A stretch of DNA of 64,000 bases from Podospora anserina (taxonomy: Eukaryota): contig CM030337.1 in NCBI GenBank assembly GCA_017654855.1, forward strand, positions 2,852,001 through 2,916,000, read 5' to 3'. The translations under genes and the position numbers were made by a program. Of the stretch, positions 10,529 through 21,684 are shown one piece after another. The notes under the pieces are model-generated. The model saw only the letters and a list, made by a program, of their open reading frames with translations, had not been told where the DNA came from and made no database searches. Positions within the stretch are counted from its first letter, which is position 1, and each line of letters opens with the position of its first letter.

Positions 10529-12998
10529 CGGAGAGCTGTGCCGACCGTTGACGTCGACCGGGATTTAATGCACGTCACCGCGGGATGATTGTTGAGGATT
10601 CAGGAAGGAAATTTCCGCGTAGCTTTTGGTCCGTCGTCGCCGGTCTCAGGATCGATATCGGGATCACAGAATCGGAGCCTTTTCTCGTTCTTCGGCAGCT
10701 TCAAGAAATGACGGAGTGAAAGATGAACAAAATACCGTCAGACCCGACAGGACACACAGCTGGAATGCGGTGGTGGTGGTGGTTGGGACGGGCCGTCGGT
10801 TTGGCTATATAAAACATTAATATCCGCGTGCCACCTGGGCGGGCGCCCATCACCATCGCTTATGGAGCCCAGCCGACTTTTGCTGTAGACAGGATGCACG
10901 GCAGCACCATGGCTTTGATCTGTCGGGCCGTGGTCTCCGTCGGAGGGTTTTTAGCTGTCAATCTGTCGTAGAGGAGCCGTGATCCCAGCGCTGGGGTTCA
11001 ACACCAGGTTGAAAAATCAGAGCAGCTTGGTTGAAAGAATCGGCGAGATTCGGCCCGCTTACATTTCGGGGAAGCGCTCTCTCGTTCGCGTCTGCAAAAG
11101 TGATAAGACCATGGAAGCTCCGCATAAAAGTGCCTTCCCATTCAAGGACAGGTTTCTTTGCCTTCCGTCACATCTTGCATCTGCACGAGAGTGGGAATAC
11201 TGGCAATGCAGCCGCCCGTCATGGCCAATCAGAGTCAAGGTATCTGGACTTTTATCCCCTGTCCTCCCAACCTTGAAGCCGTGGTGTTTGGTTCTCTGCT
11301 TCGTTTAATTCTAGTAATGCAACGACCGGCGGCACGTACACAACGTCAAAATGCTGCTACCCGATCAGATCAGCCTGCCAGACCCGCCATAGCTTTTTCT
11401 CGGAGGTCGATCAAACGGCTTTAAAGCGTAGAGGTGGTGAGGTGTTTAACTCAAAGTCAGATAATCAAGATATGGTTATGTTGATCAATGTGGCTGACCA
11501 ATGCACGTCTAGTGCTACACTACAATTCTCTACGTCTAGTAGTGATCAGCCTATGTTTGTCTAGACTTGCGATCTGTTGTTTCGTGAGACAGGTCCTGCA
11601 TATGGCTTCCTGTCTGACAACCTTTGAGAAATTGAGATGACAGCAGCGTGCGTCGTGAGACTTTTCTGATTCTCTTGTTCAAAGACCGAGATGTCGATCC
11701 ATGCCAGCTGGCCTTTATCTAACCCTGGAAGCTATTCGGGACCCAGCAGCCTTGACAAATCTTTTTAGTCTAGCATAGCAGATGGGAGTTGGACGCGGCT
11801 AGTGAAATAGCAATTCTGAGACTCTGTCGTGAAGTTGCCAGCTGAAACTAGCGACCGACGCTGCCGAAGAGGCTTGGAAGAGGTCACGTTGTGGACTATA
11901 ATCAGGGGATCCAGGAGATTGTCTTGGTAACCCTCTGGCCGGCAAATCTTGTCGGTTCGCGTCCCGTCGCGGAACAACCTCCAAACCGAAAGATTGCCGC
12001 GCACGTGCCTCGTGTGCCTGGATCTGAGAGATTCTAGTGTTGCTAGCGCAGCGGTCCAGCAATGCTTATTTTGACATTCGAAGGGGTGGTGCACTGGTGT
12101 TGAAGATGCGGCGTTTTGTGTCGGATCACCAACAGGGAAAAACCGAGGCCTGTAACGCGGTCGTCCGGAAAAACGACCCATTCCGAGCAGCAGTGGGCAA
12201 TCCAATCCGGGGCGAGGTCGGGTCTGGGGGAGCTCTGGGGAAGCTGTCCGGGGAAGCGGAGCTGGCCGCAACACCAAGCCCACCAGAGCCGTTTTGTCCT
12301 CGGTTACCCCACAGTTCGTGGCACGACATGCGGAGCGCTTCACAGGCCAAACACACCACCATTGGCCGCTAATCACACGAGAAACCACCACATGCCGAAC
12401 CACTTGCTCCTCCCGCTCTGCCCATCATGTTCTCTCCTGGCCAGTCTGCCAGTTGTGCCCAACGCACCTGCTCTGCCTTTGCCATACATCAATTCGCATG
12501 TTTTCTTCTCTTTGTCCCACCCTCCAGAAACTTCCCACCTTTTCTGGGCTGGCCATCTACAAGCATCTATCCTTGAATCTACATACGCCGGAGAGAGAGA
12601 GAGGGGTATCTTATCCTCCCCACGCTCTAATTTGCTTGTCGATCTCTTGTCAACTCATCCTTGCATCTACTCCATACAACTACGTCTTCTTCCCCACAGG
12701 GCAACCTCCTCCCGCGGCAACCGAAGTGGGAATATAAACACTCCCCTTCGTCCCTGATTCCTGTCCTCTCGACCTGACCTCGACATCATCGCTTCGTTAT
12801 ACACACTTCAACAGTTCTCGCCCGCACTTCAAGATACCCTTTTTGTTGGTTTTGTGCTGTTTCGGTTCCTTGTAACAAACCACCACATTTCCACCCCCCA
12901 CCCTTTTTACGTACTACTACAACTACCAAGGACGACAAACCACCACTCTGTCGAACCACCTCCGACTACCGAGAGAGAACACCTTTACTCTACCAAAA

Positions 12999-13411
12999 AT
13001 GGCCTCTACTCAGCAGCAATCCCGCCTCCTTTCCACCTCTGCCCGCGTGCACCCCCCTTACCTTCCTCACCTCTACACCGCGGCTACCAAACCATCCCCC
13101 GTAGCAAGGGGCATCAAGTGGTATGCTCCCCCTCATTTCCCCTTTCTCCTCTCTGCCCAACAGCTTCTAACATGTTCTTTGTGTTTAGGGTCCCACCTCT
13201 CGCAGGCGCCCTCGCAGCAGGCTACGTAGCCGTCTCAACCTACCGCACCTCCGCCGCTGCCGCCCAGCAACGACAGGCCGAGGCTGAGCAGGCTGATCTG
13301 GAGAGAAGACGACAGAACGCCGCTTTGGCGGACGCCTACGGGGACAGGAGCAGCTTGGAGGAGCTGGAGAGGGCGATGAGGGTGTATGAGGCGCAGCGGG
13401 GCAACAACTAA
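12999..13411 (+). CDS. Small hypothetical protein (~114 aa) with one hydrophobic segment followed by a coiled coil
   Basis: Exon 12999-13120, then a GTATGC..CTAAC..TAG intron (13121-13188), then exon 13189-13411. The join is in frame (…GIKW|VPPLAGALAAGYVAV…DAYGDRSSLEELERAMRVYE). Confidence 0.75.
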
Positions 13412-15850
13412 GCAGGGGTGATGTTGCCCAGGAAGAGGGGGACTGACTGATGAGCGGGCTCTTGGAGGGTTCTCTCGTACTGACAGGGCAATGACAGGGG
13501 GAAATGGGAAATGTGGTGGAATTTTGGCTTTTTGATATCCTGTTTTGGTGTTTTTCTGGGTTGGTTTTTTGAAAGGCATTAGCATGGGTTATGAACTGGA
13601 TGGATGGGGTTGGGCAAACGGGCACAAGGCATATTTTCTGGCGGGGCGTTGTTGGATGGGCAATCTGATGCAAGATCATGGGGAAGCTACGGCTGGCTAT
13701 TCCTTGCAGATATTTTGGGAGAAAAAAATGTCAAAATAATATTCTATCTGCTCTGGTCATCATGTTGTGTGAATGATGCTGGGGTAGTGATGAGCGGGGG
13801 GTTGTTGCACACCCAGGCTCAAACACTGAGAAGCACGACCACCTCATCACCGGCCAAGACCTCCCTTCCACACATCCCGACGGTGGCAGAAGTCAAGCTT
13901 TGTCCCCCCCTGCAAGATCCATCACACTCAATCACATTTTACTCACCTTAAATCCGAGCAGAGTTCATCAAAAATACCTCGAATCTCTCCTGTTGTGCAC
14001 GTATGATTGGGGCTATGGGGGAGATTTTGTACGGCATGATGTGGTGGTGTTGTCATACCTTTGCAGTGCAGATCTGCTGCGGGGGATGAGATGGTTGATG
14101 CCTGATGATTATTAAAGTTGGCGGCGTGCATATGCGGTGTTTGTGGTTGGATGAGTGAGTGATGGGCGGGGATCTGGGTTGATGGGTTGATCTTTGATGT
14201 GGGAGCATGGCACAGAGGGGGGGGGAGGGGGTTTGTGAGACTGTGATTTGACGATGGGGGTGATAGGGCGTTGCGGAGGGCGTCGTACTTGCGAGGATGC
14301 GGGTGTTGCGAGTTGGGGAAGAGAAGGGTGATGAGTTGAGTTGCCGGTGAAATTTCAACGTGGGGGTTTGGAGGATGTTATTGGGTGGTTTTGATTGGGC
14401 TGTACATAAGAGTTGGGGATTTGAATTGCTTAATCGTAAGTAGGGTATGTGAGCTACTGCTTGTACATTTGTGGTGTGTATCTGAGATATGCATGAGAGA
14501 AGCTGGGCGTCAGTCATGTTGAGGAAGTGATGAGATGGCTCATGAGGCGAGACTTGCTCAGTTTCATTACGTCGGTGTAAGTGATCAAAAACCGAGGAGT
14601 GAGATACGAGGCTGGTAAGAAATGACAGAATAATTCTGTCCTGATCAGGCGGTTCATCAAAAATGAGATAGAGTTGTCGAAAACATTCCTGAGCACACTT
14701 CACTTCCCGGGTCAGGCTTGTGCCGAGCGGAATAAGTTGCCGCACGGAGTATGGGAACTATCCGATAGGAACCCTGGGTTGTTCTTGCTTTTTGGGATCT
14801 TTTTACCTTTCGACAATTGGAAAAACATGGGGCTCTGTCCTGGGTGTACCTTCCCTCTTGGGAACCCACAGATGTCCGCCAGTCACATACTTGAATTTCT
14901 ACCCACTCAACACACCTACTCAACACAAAAGAGACTTACAGCACCAAAATTCTCCATGATAACAAGTCCTCAACCTCACCCGCCCTTTTCTTATCAACGC
15001 CCAGTCCGCTGCCGTTTCTGGGCAATTCCTCCCCAAATGGATGTAGCCCTGCTCAGCACGGCTCCCTACGGCCCATGACGTTGGGAAACTGTGAGACTGC
15101 TCGTTGGCACCCGATGGAACGGGGATAAGATTGGCAGAATGCTCCAGACAGGCAAGGCGGAAGCCGTGCAAAGTTGGCAAAGGGAGGCATCTGTCTACAA
15201 GATGAGACACCCAGACCTAGACCAGCTGTCTACAAGAGGAGAAGTGAGCACACCAGCGCAAGGGGTAAGACGATGTTTTCATACTCTATCCCATCATTGG
15301 CCTCAACTATGAACTCATCACACCCTTTAGTATCACGACTCAATCTTGGCTATCTCGATCATCACGACCTGCATCGGCAGTGCGACGGCAGCAAGTCATG
15401 TCAGCGATAGTCTCGCCCCAAACTCAACCCCCTCCCAGCCTCGTGTTGGAAGCCGATGATTATTACACTTGTTTTTTCATCTGAGAAAGACGTCACACTA
15501 AGGCTCGCCGGAATGCTCGCCGCGGGATACGCAACCCGATCTGGGGCTTGCAACACCTGCTTCGGAGTCCCATCCGTGAACTCGGTTAACGACGAGGAAT
15601 GAGATGTCTCGCAACGCGCGAATCTCCCCCTTCCTCCCACTATTCCTCTCTCGTTCACGCGCAATCAGCATGAAGGATAAGATGTGTTTTGCATCAGCAC
15701 AAGTTGTTCCGTTTTGTTCTGCTTTCTTCTGACTTACACACTCTAGGGGGAGCAATACGACAGCTCTCTTGTACATTTTGACCCCTAGACATATACCAGC
15801 ACCAGTCCCATAGAAAGGGGCTCGAGATACCCAGCAAGACAACACGCAGA

Positions 15851-17695
15851 ATGATAGTCAATCTCTACTGGATCACGCTTTTTGTTCTTCTTCCCGTCAC
15901 AGTGTTGCTTATGAACAGGAGCCTACTGGCCAAAGCAGCACGAAGTTTCCTCGCCAAAGCAAAAAGACACACATCAGACACTCCACCACTATCACCAACA
16001 GATTCCGTCACAGGAGAAGATGACCATGAGCGAATCAAAGACAAGGAAGCGCGGGCGTTCCAGATCAAGTTTCTCAAGGTGTACCTTTTTGCCATGGCGG
16101 CCGACTGGTTGCAGGGGCCATACACTTACCCCCTCTTCAAGACGGAGTTTGAGTTTCCAGAAAAGACGGTCGCGTCACTGTACATGACGACGTTTATTGC
16201 TGCGGCAATCTCTTCACTCCTTGTCGGGTTTCTGGCGGACAAGTTTGGGAGAAGAAATGCCTGTCTAGCGTTCTGTCTCATCCACTCGCTCTCGGCGTTG
16301 AGCGTGCTTTCGAAGGATTTGAAAGTGCTGTATGCGGGACAAGCACTTGGTGGAATAGGGCTGGCGATGCTCTGGACGGTGTTTGAGAGTTGGATGGTGA
16401 CTGAGTGGAACACTAGGAAGCTTGGAGATGAGAGGCTAGGGACCATGTTTGGGACCATGACGAGGGCCAACTGCAGTGCTGCTGTGTTGGGTGGGTTGAT
16501 TGGCGATTTGGCTGTGGAGGTGTCGGGGACGAGAAAGGGACCTTTTGTGGTTGGTGTGGTAAGTGCATGGCCATTGTTTGTGGTGAAAAAGGCGAAATTA
16601 ACGACGAACATAGGCTATTGAAGCTATTGCTGCGGCCATGCTTATTTGCTGCTGGGTAAGACACTCGCCATGACATTTTCTGGGCTACATACTGACTGAT
16701 CTCGCAGAACGAGAACTACGGACAGCCAAAAGACAGCAAGGAGAAGCGCATGACTCCAAAGGATACCCTCAGACAGCTTGGAGGTAAGTGCCTGAAAGAC
16801 CGCCAAGACCTTGCGGTTGCTAACGGATAAAGACATCAAAATCTGGGCACTCAGCTTCATCAGCTGCTGCTGGGAAGGCACCAATTTCTTGGTCCTCTTC
16901 TTCTGGCCTGGTATTCTCCAAGACGCACACAGACGCATCCACGGACCTGACGCTGAGGATGTGCCCTACGGCCCCATCTTCGCTGCCTTCATGTTGGCCA
17001 TGATACTCGGCGCTCTGCTGTTCAGTGCCATCATGAAGAGAAAGAAGAGCCGCCTCGCCTTGCCCGTCGATCCTTCCCAATCTCCCAGCAAGACTTCCTG
17101 GTTGAAGAAAGCCTTCACCAATCCCCACAACCTGATGGGCATCGTCATCTTCATCGGCGGCGGCTGTCTACTGCAATCAGCATATGTCCCAATCGAGGTC
17201 CTCGCCTTCTTTGGCTACTTGTTGTTCGAGTTTTGCAACGGCATTTACGTGCCCTGCGTGGCGTACCATAGGGGTATCGTCGTCAACGAGGGCAACAGAG
17301 CTGGTTTGTACGGTCTGATGAAGCTACCTCACTTCCTGTTTGTGATCATTGCACTTGCGACTGCTGTTGAAGGTTAGTACTCTCTTCTCTCGCCTGATGG
17401 CCAAGTGTGCAGAGACTGATGATTCCCAGACCCTCGTCACCGGCAAACCGTCTTCCTCGCTTGCTTCTCCACCCTCGTTGCTGCCTCTCTGGCGAGCATC
17501 ATTGGACTGAGGGGCTCGGCGCCGGAAGAGAAGAAGCCCGAGAATGACTTGGAGCAACTGATGGAGATGAGCGATGGTGACAGCTTTCGGGAGAAGATGC
17601 TCACGCCACACACCCTGGCTTCGGCTTCGACACCAACGCTGTCCACCACGAGGCCAACCACGGCTCATGAGATTATCATGGATAAGCAATCCTGA
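15851..17695 (+). CDS. MFS transporter, MFS_5 / MFSD5 (molybdate-anion transporter-like) family
   Basis: Family motif 'FLKVYLFAMAADWLQGPYTY', MFS motif 'GFLADKFGRRNACL', 'TVFESWMV' and 'FEFCNGIY'. Many TM segments; three introns near 16559, 16656 and 17373; stop TGA at 17693-17695. Confidence 0.88.
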
Positions 17696-17892
17696 GCGAC
17701 TCACAGGCGTGCCCTACCAAGGCAAACCACCAGCGACGATACCCAGAAAGATTCAACATGAACGACAACTAGCCCTTAGTGGTCAACAGCCAACTAACGA
17801 ACGATGAAGTATGGTATGTGCGAGTAAGATGAACAGACGGGATAAGGGAAGGTACAAGTAACAAACATGGACAGGACGGGATTAACATGAGG

Positions 17893-17940
17893 ACAACAAC
17901 AAAAACAACAACAACAACAACAACAAGATAACCAACAACA
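17893..17940. repeat. (CAA)n microsatellite, imperfect
   Basis: Run of acaacaacaaaaacaacaacaacaacaacaacaa in the intergenic region. Confidence 0.8.
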
Positions 17941-18098
17941 CATCTGTACTTTTCTGTAAATTAGTTATACCCGACATCTTAGTCCCTAAAACAACAAGGA
18001 AACAGACTTGATCATCCAGCCCCAATAGAGCTTGATCTCAAAAACAGCAATCTCTCTCATTGAACCCGATATCTACACCCTTGGTATCTCGAACTTTT

Positions 18099-19571
18099 TC
18101 ACTTCTTAAAAGCCTTCCTCTTCCCCTGTTTATTCCCATCGGCAATCTCCCCCTCCTCATCCTCCCACTCCCCATCCTCCTCCATCTTCGAGTTGACCTG
18201 CTCCTCAGCATCCCCAGCCAACCCCTCGCTATCAAACCCCTTGTCATCCCCATCATACCCATACTCGTACAAATCACTATCGTAATCCTCCATATCCTCA
18301 TCATCATCCTCTTCTTCCTCTTGCTGCCCCTTCTTCCCCTGCTGCTGCTGCTGCTGCTTATTCGCCTCCTTGGCAGCCTTCTTCCTCTCCACATTGGCCT
18401 TCTGCTCCTTCTTCCTCGCCTCCTTGTCCTTCCTCCTCTGCTCCCACTTCTTCTCCAGCTCCCTAATCTCCTCCCTTGTCTTGTGGACATACTCATGCCA
18501 CATCACCTTGCCCGAGCACAGCCCTTCCTCCACCTTTGTCATGCGAAGCTTCATTCTCGGGCCGAGCTCGACTAACTTCACAGCCCGACGCTCAACATTG
18601 TCTTTACGCCCCGTGTCACCATCCTCATCATCACTCCCGTCTTCATTTTGTGCTTGTCTTGGCTTGTTGGAACTGTGAACCTTCCTCGCCGACGTCTCGA
18701 GAACCTCCACCTCGGCGTCGGTTTCGTACTCGCTTCCTGACGTGTTATCCGTCTCGTACCCCGCGCCGTTTTCACCCCCAATCATAAACTCGGAAATGTC
18801 TTTTAGCTTCCCCAGGTTGGGCAGCTGCCCCTTCTTTGACTTGGACGACTTTAGCAGTTTCTCGGCGGCGTTTAACCTCCTCAGTGGCTTCGACAGGCCG
18901 ACTGGTTTGGTGGTGATGGCGTAGTGGCGAAAGTTGACGATGAACGTCCCGTCGTCTTCGGTGGATTGCTCCCTGTTAAGAAGGAGGACGCGACGGATGG
19001 ATTTGAGGGGGGTTCGTTGCGGGTTGATTGGGGGGAAGAGAGACTGGAAAGCGGTCGTGGTGAGGGACTCGAGGTGGCGGGGGACTTTGGAGGTGTGGTC
19101 CGAGTTGGGGTTGGTGAAGTTGTTCATGACTAGGAGGGGAGGAGTGATGTACTCTTTGCCGCCCCCCTTGGGGTGTCGCTGGGCTCGCCGGACGTCCTTT
19201 GTCAAAGAGTACTTTTCTACGCGAAAGTGAAAGGTAGGGCCGCGGGGGGTGATGGCGAGGCGCATGTTGGTGTTGCCCGACTCGGAGCGGGAGAAGAGAA
19301 GGAGGTGGGAGACGCCGAGGGGGCCGCACATGGTCACGTAGTCGCGTAGGCGGTTGGCTTTGCGCTCTTTGAGGCGGGAGGCGGTGCCGGGTTCCATTAC
19401 GCGCCGGACGTCGGCGGCAAGTTGAGAGATGCTGGTTCCTACTTCGCCGGCGCCCATGCGGATGACCATGGATTTCGGGTCTTTGGTGTTGATGTGGCCA
19501 GTGACGGCGGTGGGGGCGGCTGGGTTGTGAGCACCCAGGTGGGTTCTTCTCTTGGAGCGTTTCTTGGCCAT
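18099..19571 (-). CDS. SSF1: Ribosome biogenesis Brix-domain protein Ssf1/Ssf2 (Peter Pan)
   Basis: 'PKSMVIRMG', 'VRRVMEPGTASRLKERKANRLRDY', 'PRGPTFHFRV', 'FRHYAI' and 'VKLVELGPRMKL…KVEEGLC'. Single exon starting MAKKRSKRRTH. Confidence 0.95.
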   Translation of the reverse strand: MAKKRSKRRTHLGAHNPAAPTAVTGHINTKDPKSMVIRMGAGEVGTSISQLAADVRRVMEPGTASRLKERKANRLRDYVTMCGPLGVSHLLLFSRSESGNTNMRLAITPRGPTFHFRVEKYSLTKDVRRAQRHPKGGGKEYITPPLLVMNNFTNPNSDHTSKVPRHLESLTTTAFQSLFPPINPQRTPLKSIRRVLLLNREQSTEDDGTFIVNFRHYAITTKPVGLSKPLRRLNAAEKLLKSSKSKKGQLPNLGKLKDISEFMIGGENGAGYETDNTSGSEYETDAEVEVLETSARKVHSSNKPRQAQNEDGSDDEDGDTGRKDNVERRAVKLVELGPRMKLRMTKVEEGLCSGKVMWHEYVHKTREEIRELEKKWEQRRKDKEARKKEQKANVERKKAAKEANKQQQQQQGKKGQQEEEEDDDEDMEDYDSDLYEYGYDGDDKGFDSEGLAGDAEEQVNSKMEEDGEWEDEEGEIADGNKQGKRKAFKK

Positions 19572-19688
19572 TGTGGTGGTGGTTGATGTGTTTTCTCGGG
19601 TTTCGTAGGCAGAGAAATGTATGATGGAGGAAGCTTTCGACCTGCTGCAGCAAACCAATTGATGCGCCAGAGCTTTGGCGGCGCGCAG

Positions 19689-19755
19689 AGAAAATTTCGG
19701 TGGGGCCTTTGCTTATCGGGCCGCCCCACATGGCCGATAAGCCTGGAATTTTGGA
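19689..19755. promoter_or_regulatory. Putative bidirectional ribosome-biogenesis promoter elements (RRPE-like AAAATTT and an inverted CTTATC/GATAAG pair)
   Basis: GAAAATTTC at 19690-19698, GCTTATCGG at 19711-19719 and its reverse complement CCGATAAGC at 19734-19742, then GGAATTTT at about 19745. All lie in the 274-bp gap between the SSF1 and RRP3 start codons. Confidence 0.5.
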
Positions 19756-19845
19756 AGATGGCTTTGTAGTTCGACAGCTTCTGAAAGTCTATTTCACCGG
19801 ACAAACACTTTCTTGTAAGGTTTGATTGTCCGAAACACCGTCAAA

Positions 19846-21425
19846 ATGTCGTCAGTCAAGCGCAGAAAGATCTCCGACAACCCTTCCGCGGTGAAGAAAA
19901 AGAAGACCGAAGCACCCAAGCCCAAAATCACACCTGGGCCAGAACCCAGAATCGAAGATGCAGTATCTGAGGCCTCAGATGCCGAGGAGTCGACCACCCT
20001 TGACAATGAGAACGGGGAGGCTGCCCCAAAGACCTTCAAGGATCTCGTATGTTGGAATTGATGGTCTGTATAGTGTTTGAGTCTTCTGCTGACTTGTACC
20101 CAGGGCATCGTCGACTCCCTGTGCGAAGCATGCGACCGACTCGGATACAAGCAACCAACCGCTATTCAGCAAGAGGCCATCCCACTTGCGCTTCAAGATC
20201 GCGACATCATTGGTATCGCCGAGACGGGTTCCGGAAAAACAGCCGCTTTTGCCCTTCCAATTCTTCAAGCTTTGCTCGACAAGCCCCAGCCCTTGTTCGC
20301 CCTCGTTCTTGCGCCGACAAGAGAACTTGCCGCCCAGATCGCCCAGTCCTTTGAAGCTCTCGGTTCCCTGATCAACCTCCGCTGCGCTCTTCTTCTTGGT
20401 GGTCTAGACATGGTACAGCAAGCTATCGCCCTCGGAAAGAAGCCTCACGTCGTCGTCGCAACCCCCGGTAGACTTCTCGACCATTTGGAAAAGACCAAGG
20501 GCTTCAGCTTGCGCAATCTTAGGTACTGCGTCATGGACGAAGCCGATCGCCTCCTCGACATGGACTTCGGCCCCATCCTCGAGAAGATCCTCAAGTTCCT
20601 CCCCCGCGAGCGCCGCACTTTTCTGTTCTCCGCCACCATGTCCAGCAAAGTCGAGTCCCTCCAGCGCGCCTCTCTCCGCGACCCCCTAAAGGTCAACGTC
20701 TCCACCTCCAAGTACCAAACCGTCTCGACGCTCGTCTCCAACTACCTCTTCATCCCTCACATTCACAAGGACACGTATTTCATCTACCTCTGTAATGAAT
20801 TCGCCGGCAAGACAATGATCGTCTTTACCCGTACTGTTCTCGAGACGCAAAGAATTGCCATTCTGTTGCGCACTCTGGGCATGGGCGCTATCCCGCTCCA
20901 CGGTGGCTTGTCTCAGTCAGCTCGTCTCGGTGCGCTGAGCAAGTTCCGCGCTGGGACGAGGAATATTCTTGTGGCTACTGATGTTGCGGCTCGTGGTTTG
21001 GATATTCCCAATGTGGACTGTGTCATCAATTATGATTTGCCGCAGGATTCGAAGACATATATTCATCGGGTTGGTCGTACGGCTCGTGCGGGCAAGTCCG
21101 GGCATGCTTTGAGTATTGTGACGCAATAGTGAGTTATCTGTCTCTACCTCTTGTTGACCTGAAAACTAACGTGAACAGTGACCTCGAAATCTGGACCCGC
21201 ATCGAAGCCGCCCTCGGCACCAAGCTCACCGAGTACGCTTACGAAAAGGACGAGGTGATGGTTTTTAAGCCCCGTGTGGAAGAGGCTCAACGGCACGCGA
21301 GAAATGAGATGAAGAACTTGATTGATGACCGGGGGAAGAAGGGGTCGGTGCTGAAGGGCCACAGGGGGAAGAAGAGGGGTGCGCCCGGGTCTGGGAGGGA
21401 TAATATGGATACTGAGGAGGGTTGA
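19846..21425 (+). CDS. RRP3: DEAD-box rRNA helicase Rrp3 (DDX47)
   Basis: Q motif, 'AETGSGKT', 'PTRELA', 'TPGRL', 'DEAD', 'SAT', 'ARGLD' and '[12 protein letters not shown]'. Introns at about 20047-20103 and 21129-21178. Lies divergent from SSF1. Confidence 0.93.
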
Positions 21426-21684
21426 GAAGGCTCTGGAAGGTGATGAATCTTTTTATTTAGTCTGGCATGTGCGGAGTTTGAAAAAAGGTTGTTATTTCTT
21501 GGGAATAGGGGCGGGGGTGAGTGGAGGATAGAGAGCGCCGGAGTGGGTATATACCATCTTGGGGAGTTTTACGTGTAATGGGGGCGCGCTGGGTTGGTGA
21601 GTGAATACATTTGGATTAACTTTGTCACGTCCATCCTATTCCTGTTGAGTTCATCCTGCCCTGAAATGTGCATGCTATGTGAAC

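Noticed and set aside
10600-12950. Several 100-213 aa ORFs on both strands
   Set aside because: No domain motifs or codon bias. Consistent with promoter and UTR sequence.
13900-15800. ORF 14053-14745 and neighbouring short ORFs
   Set aside because: No recognisable motifs or convincing exon structure. An orphan gene cannot be excluded but is unsupported.
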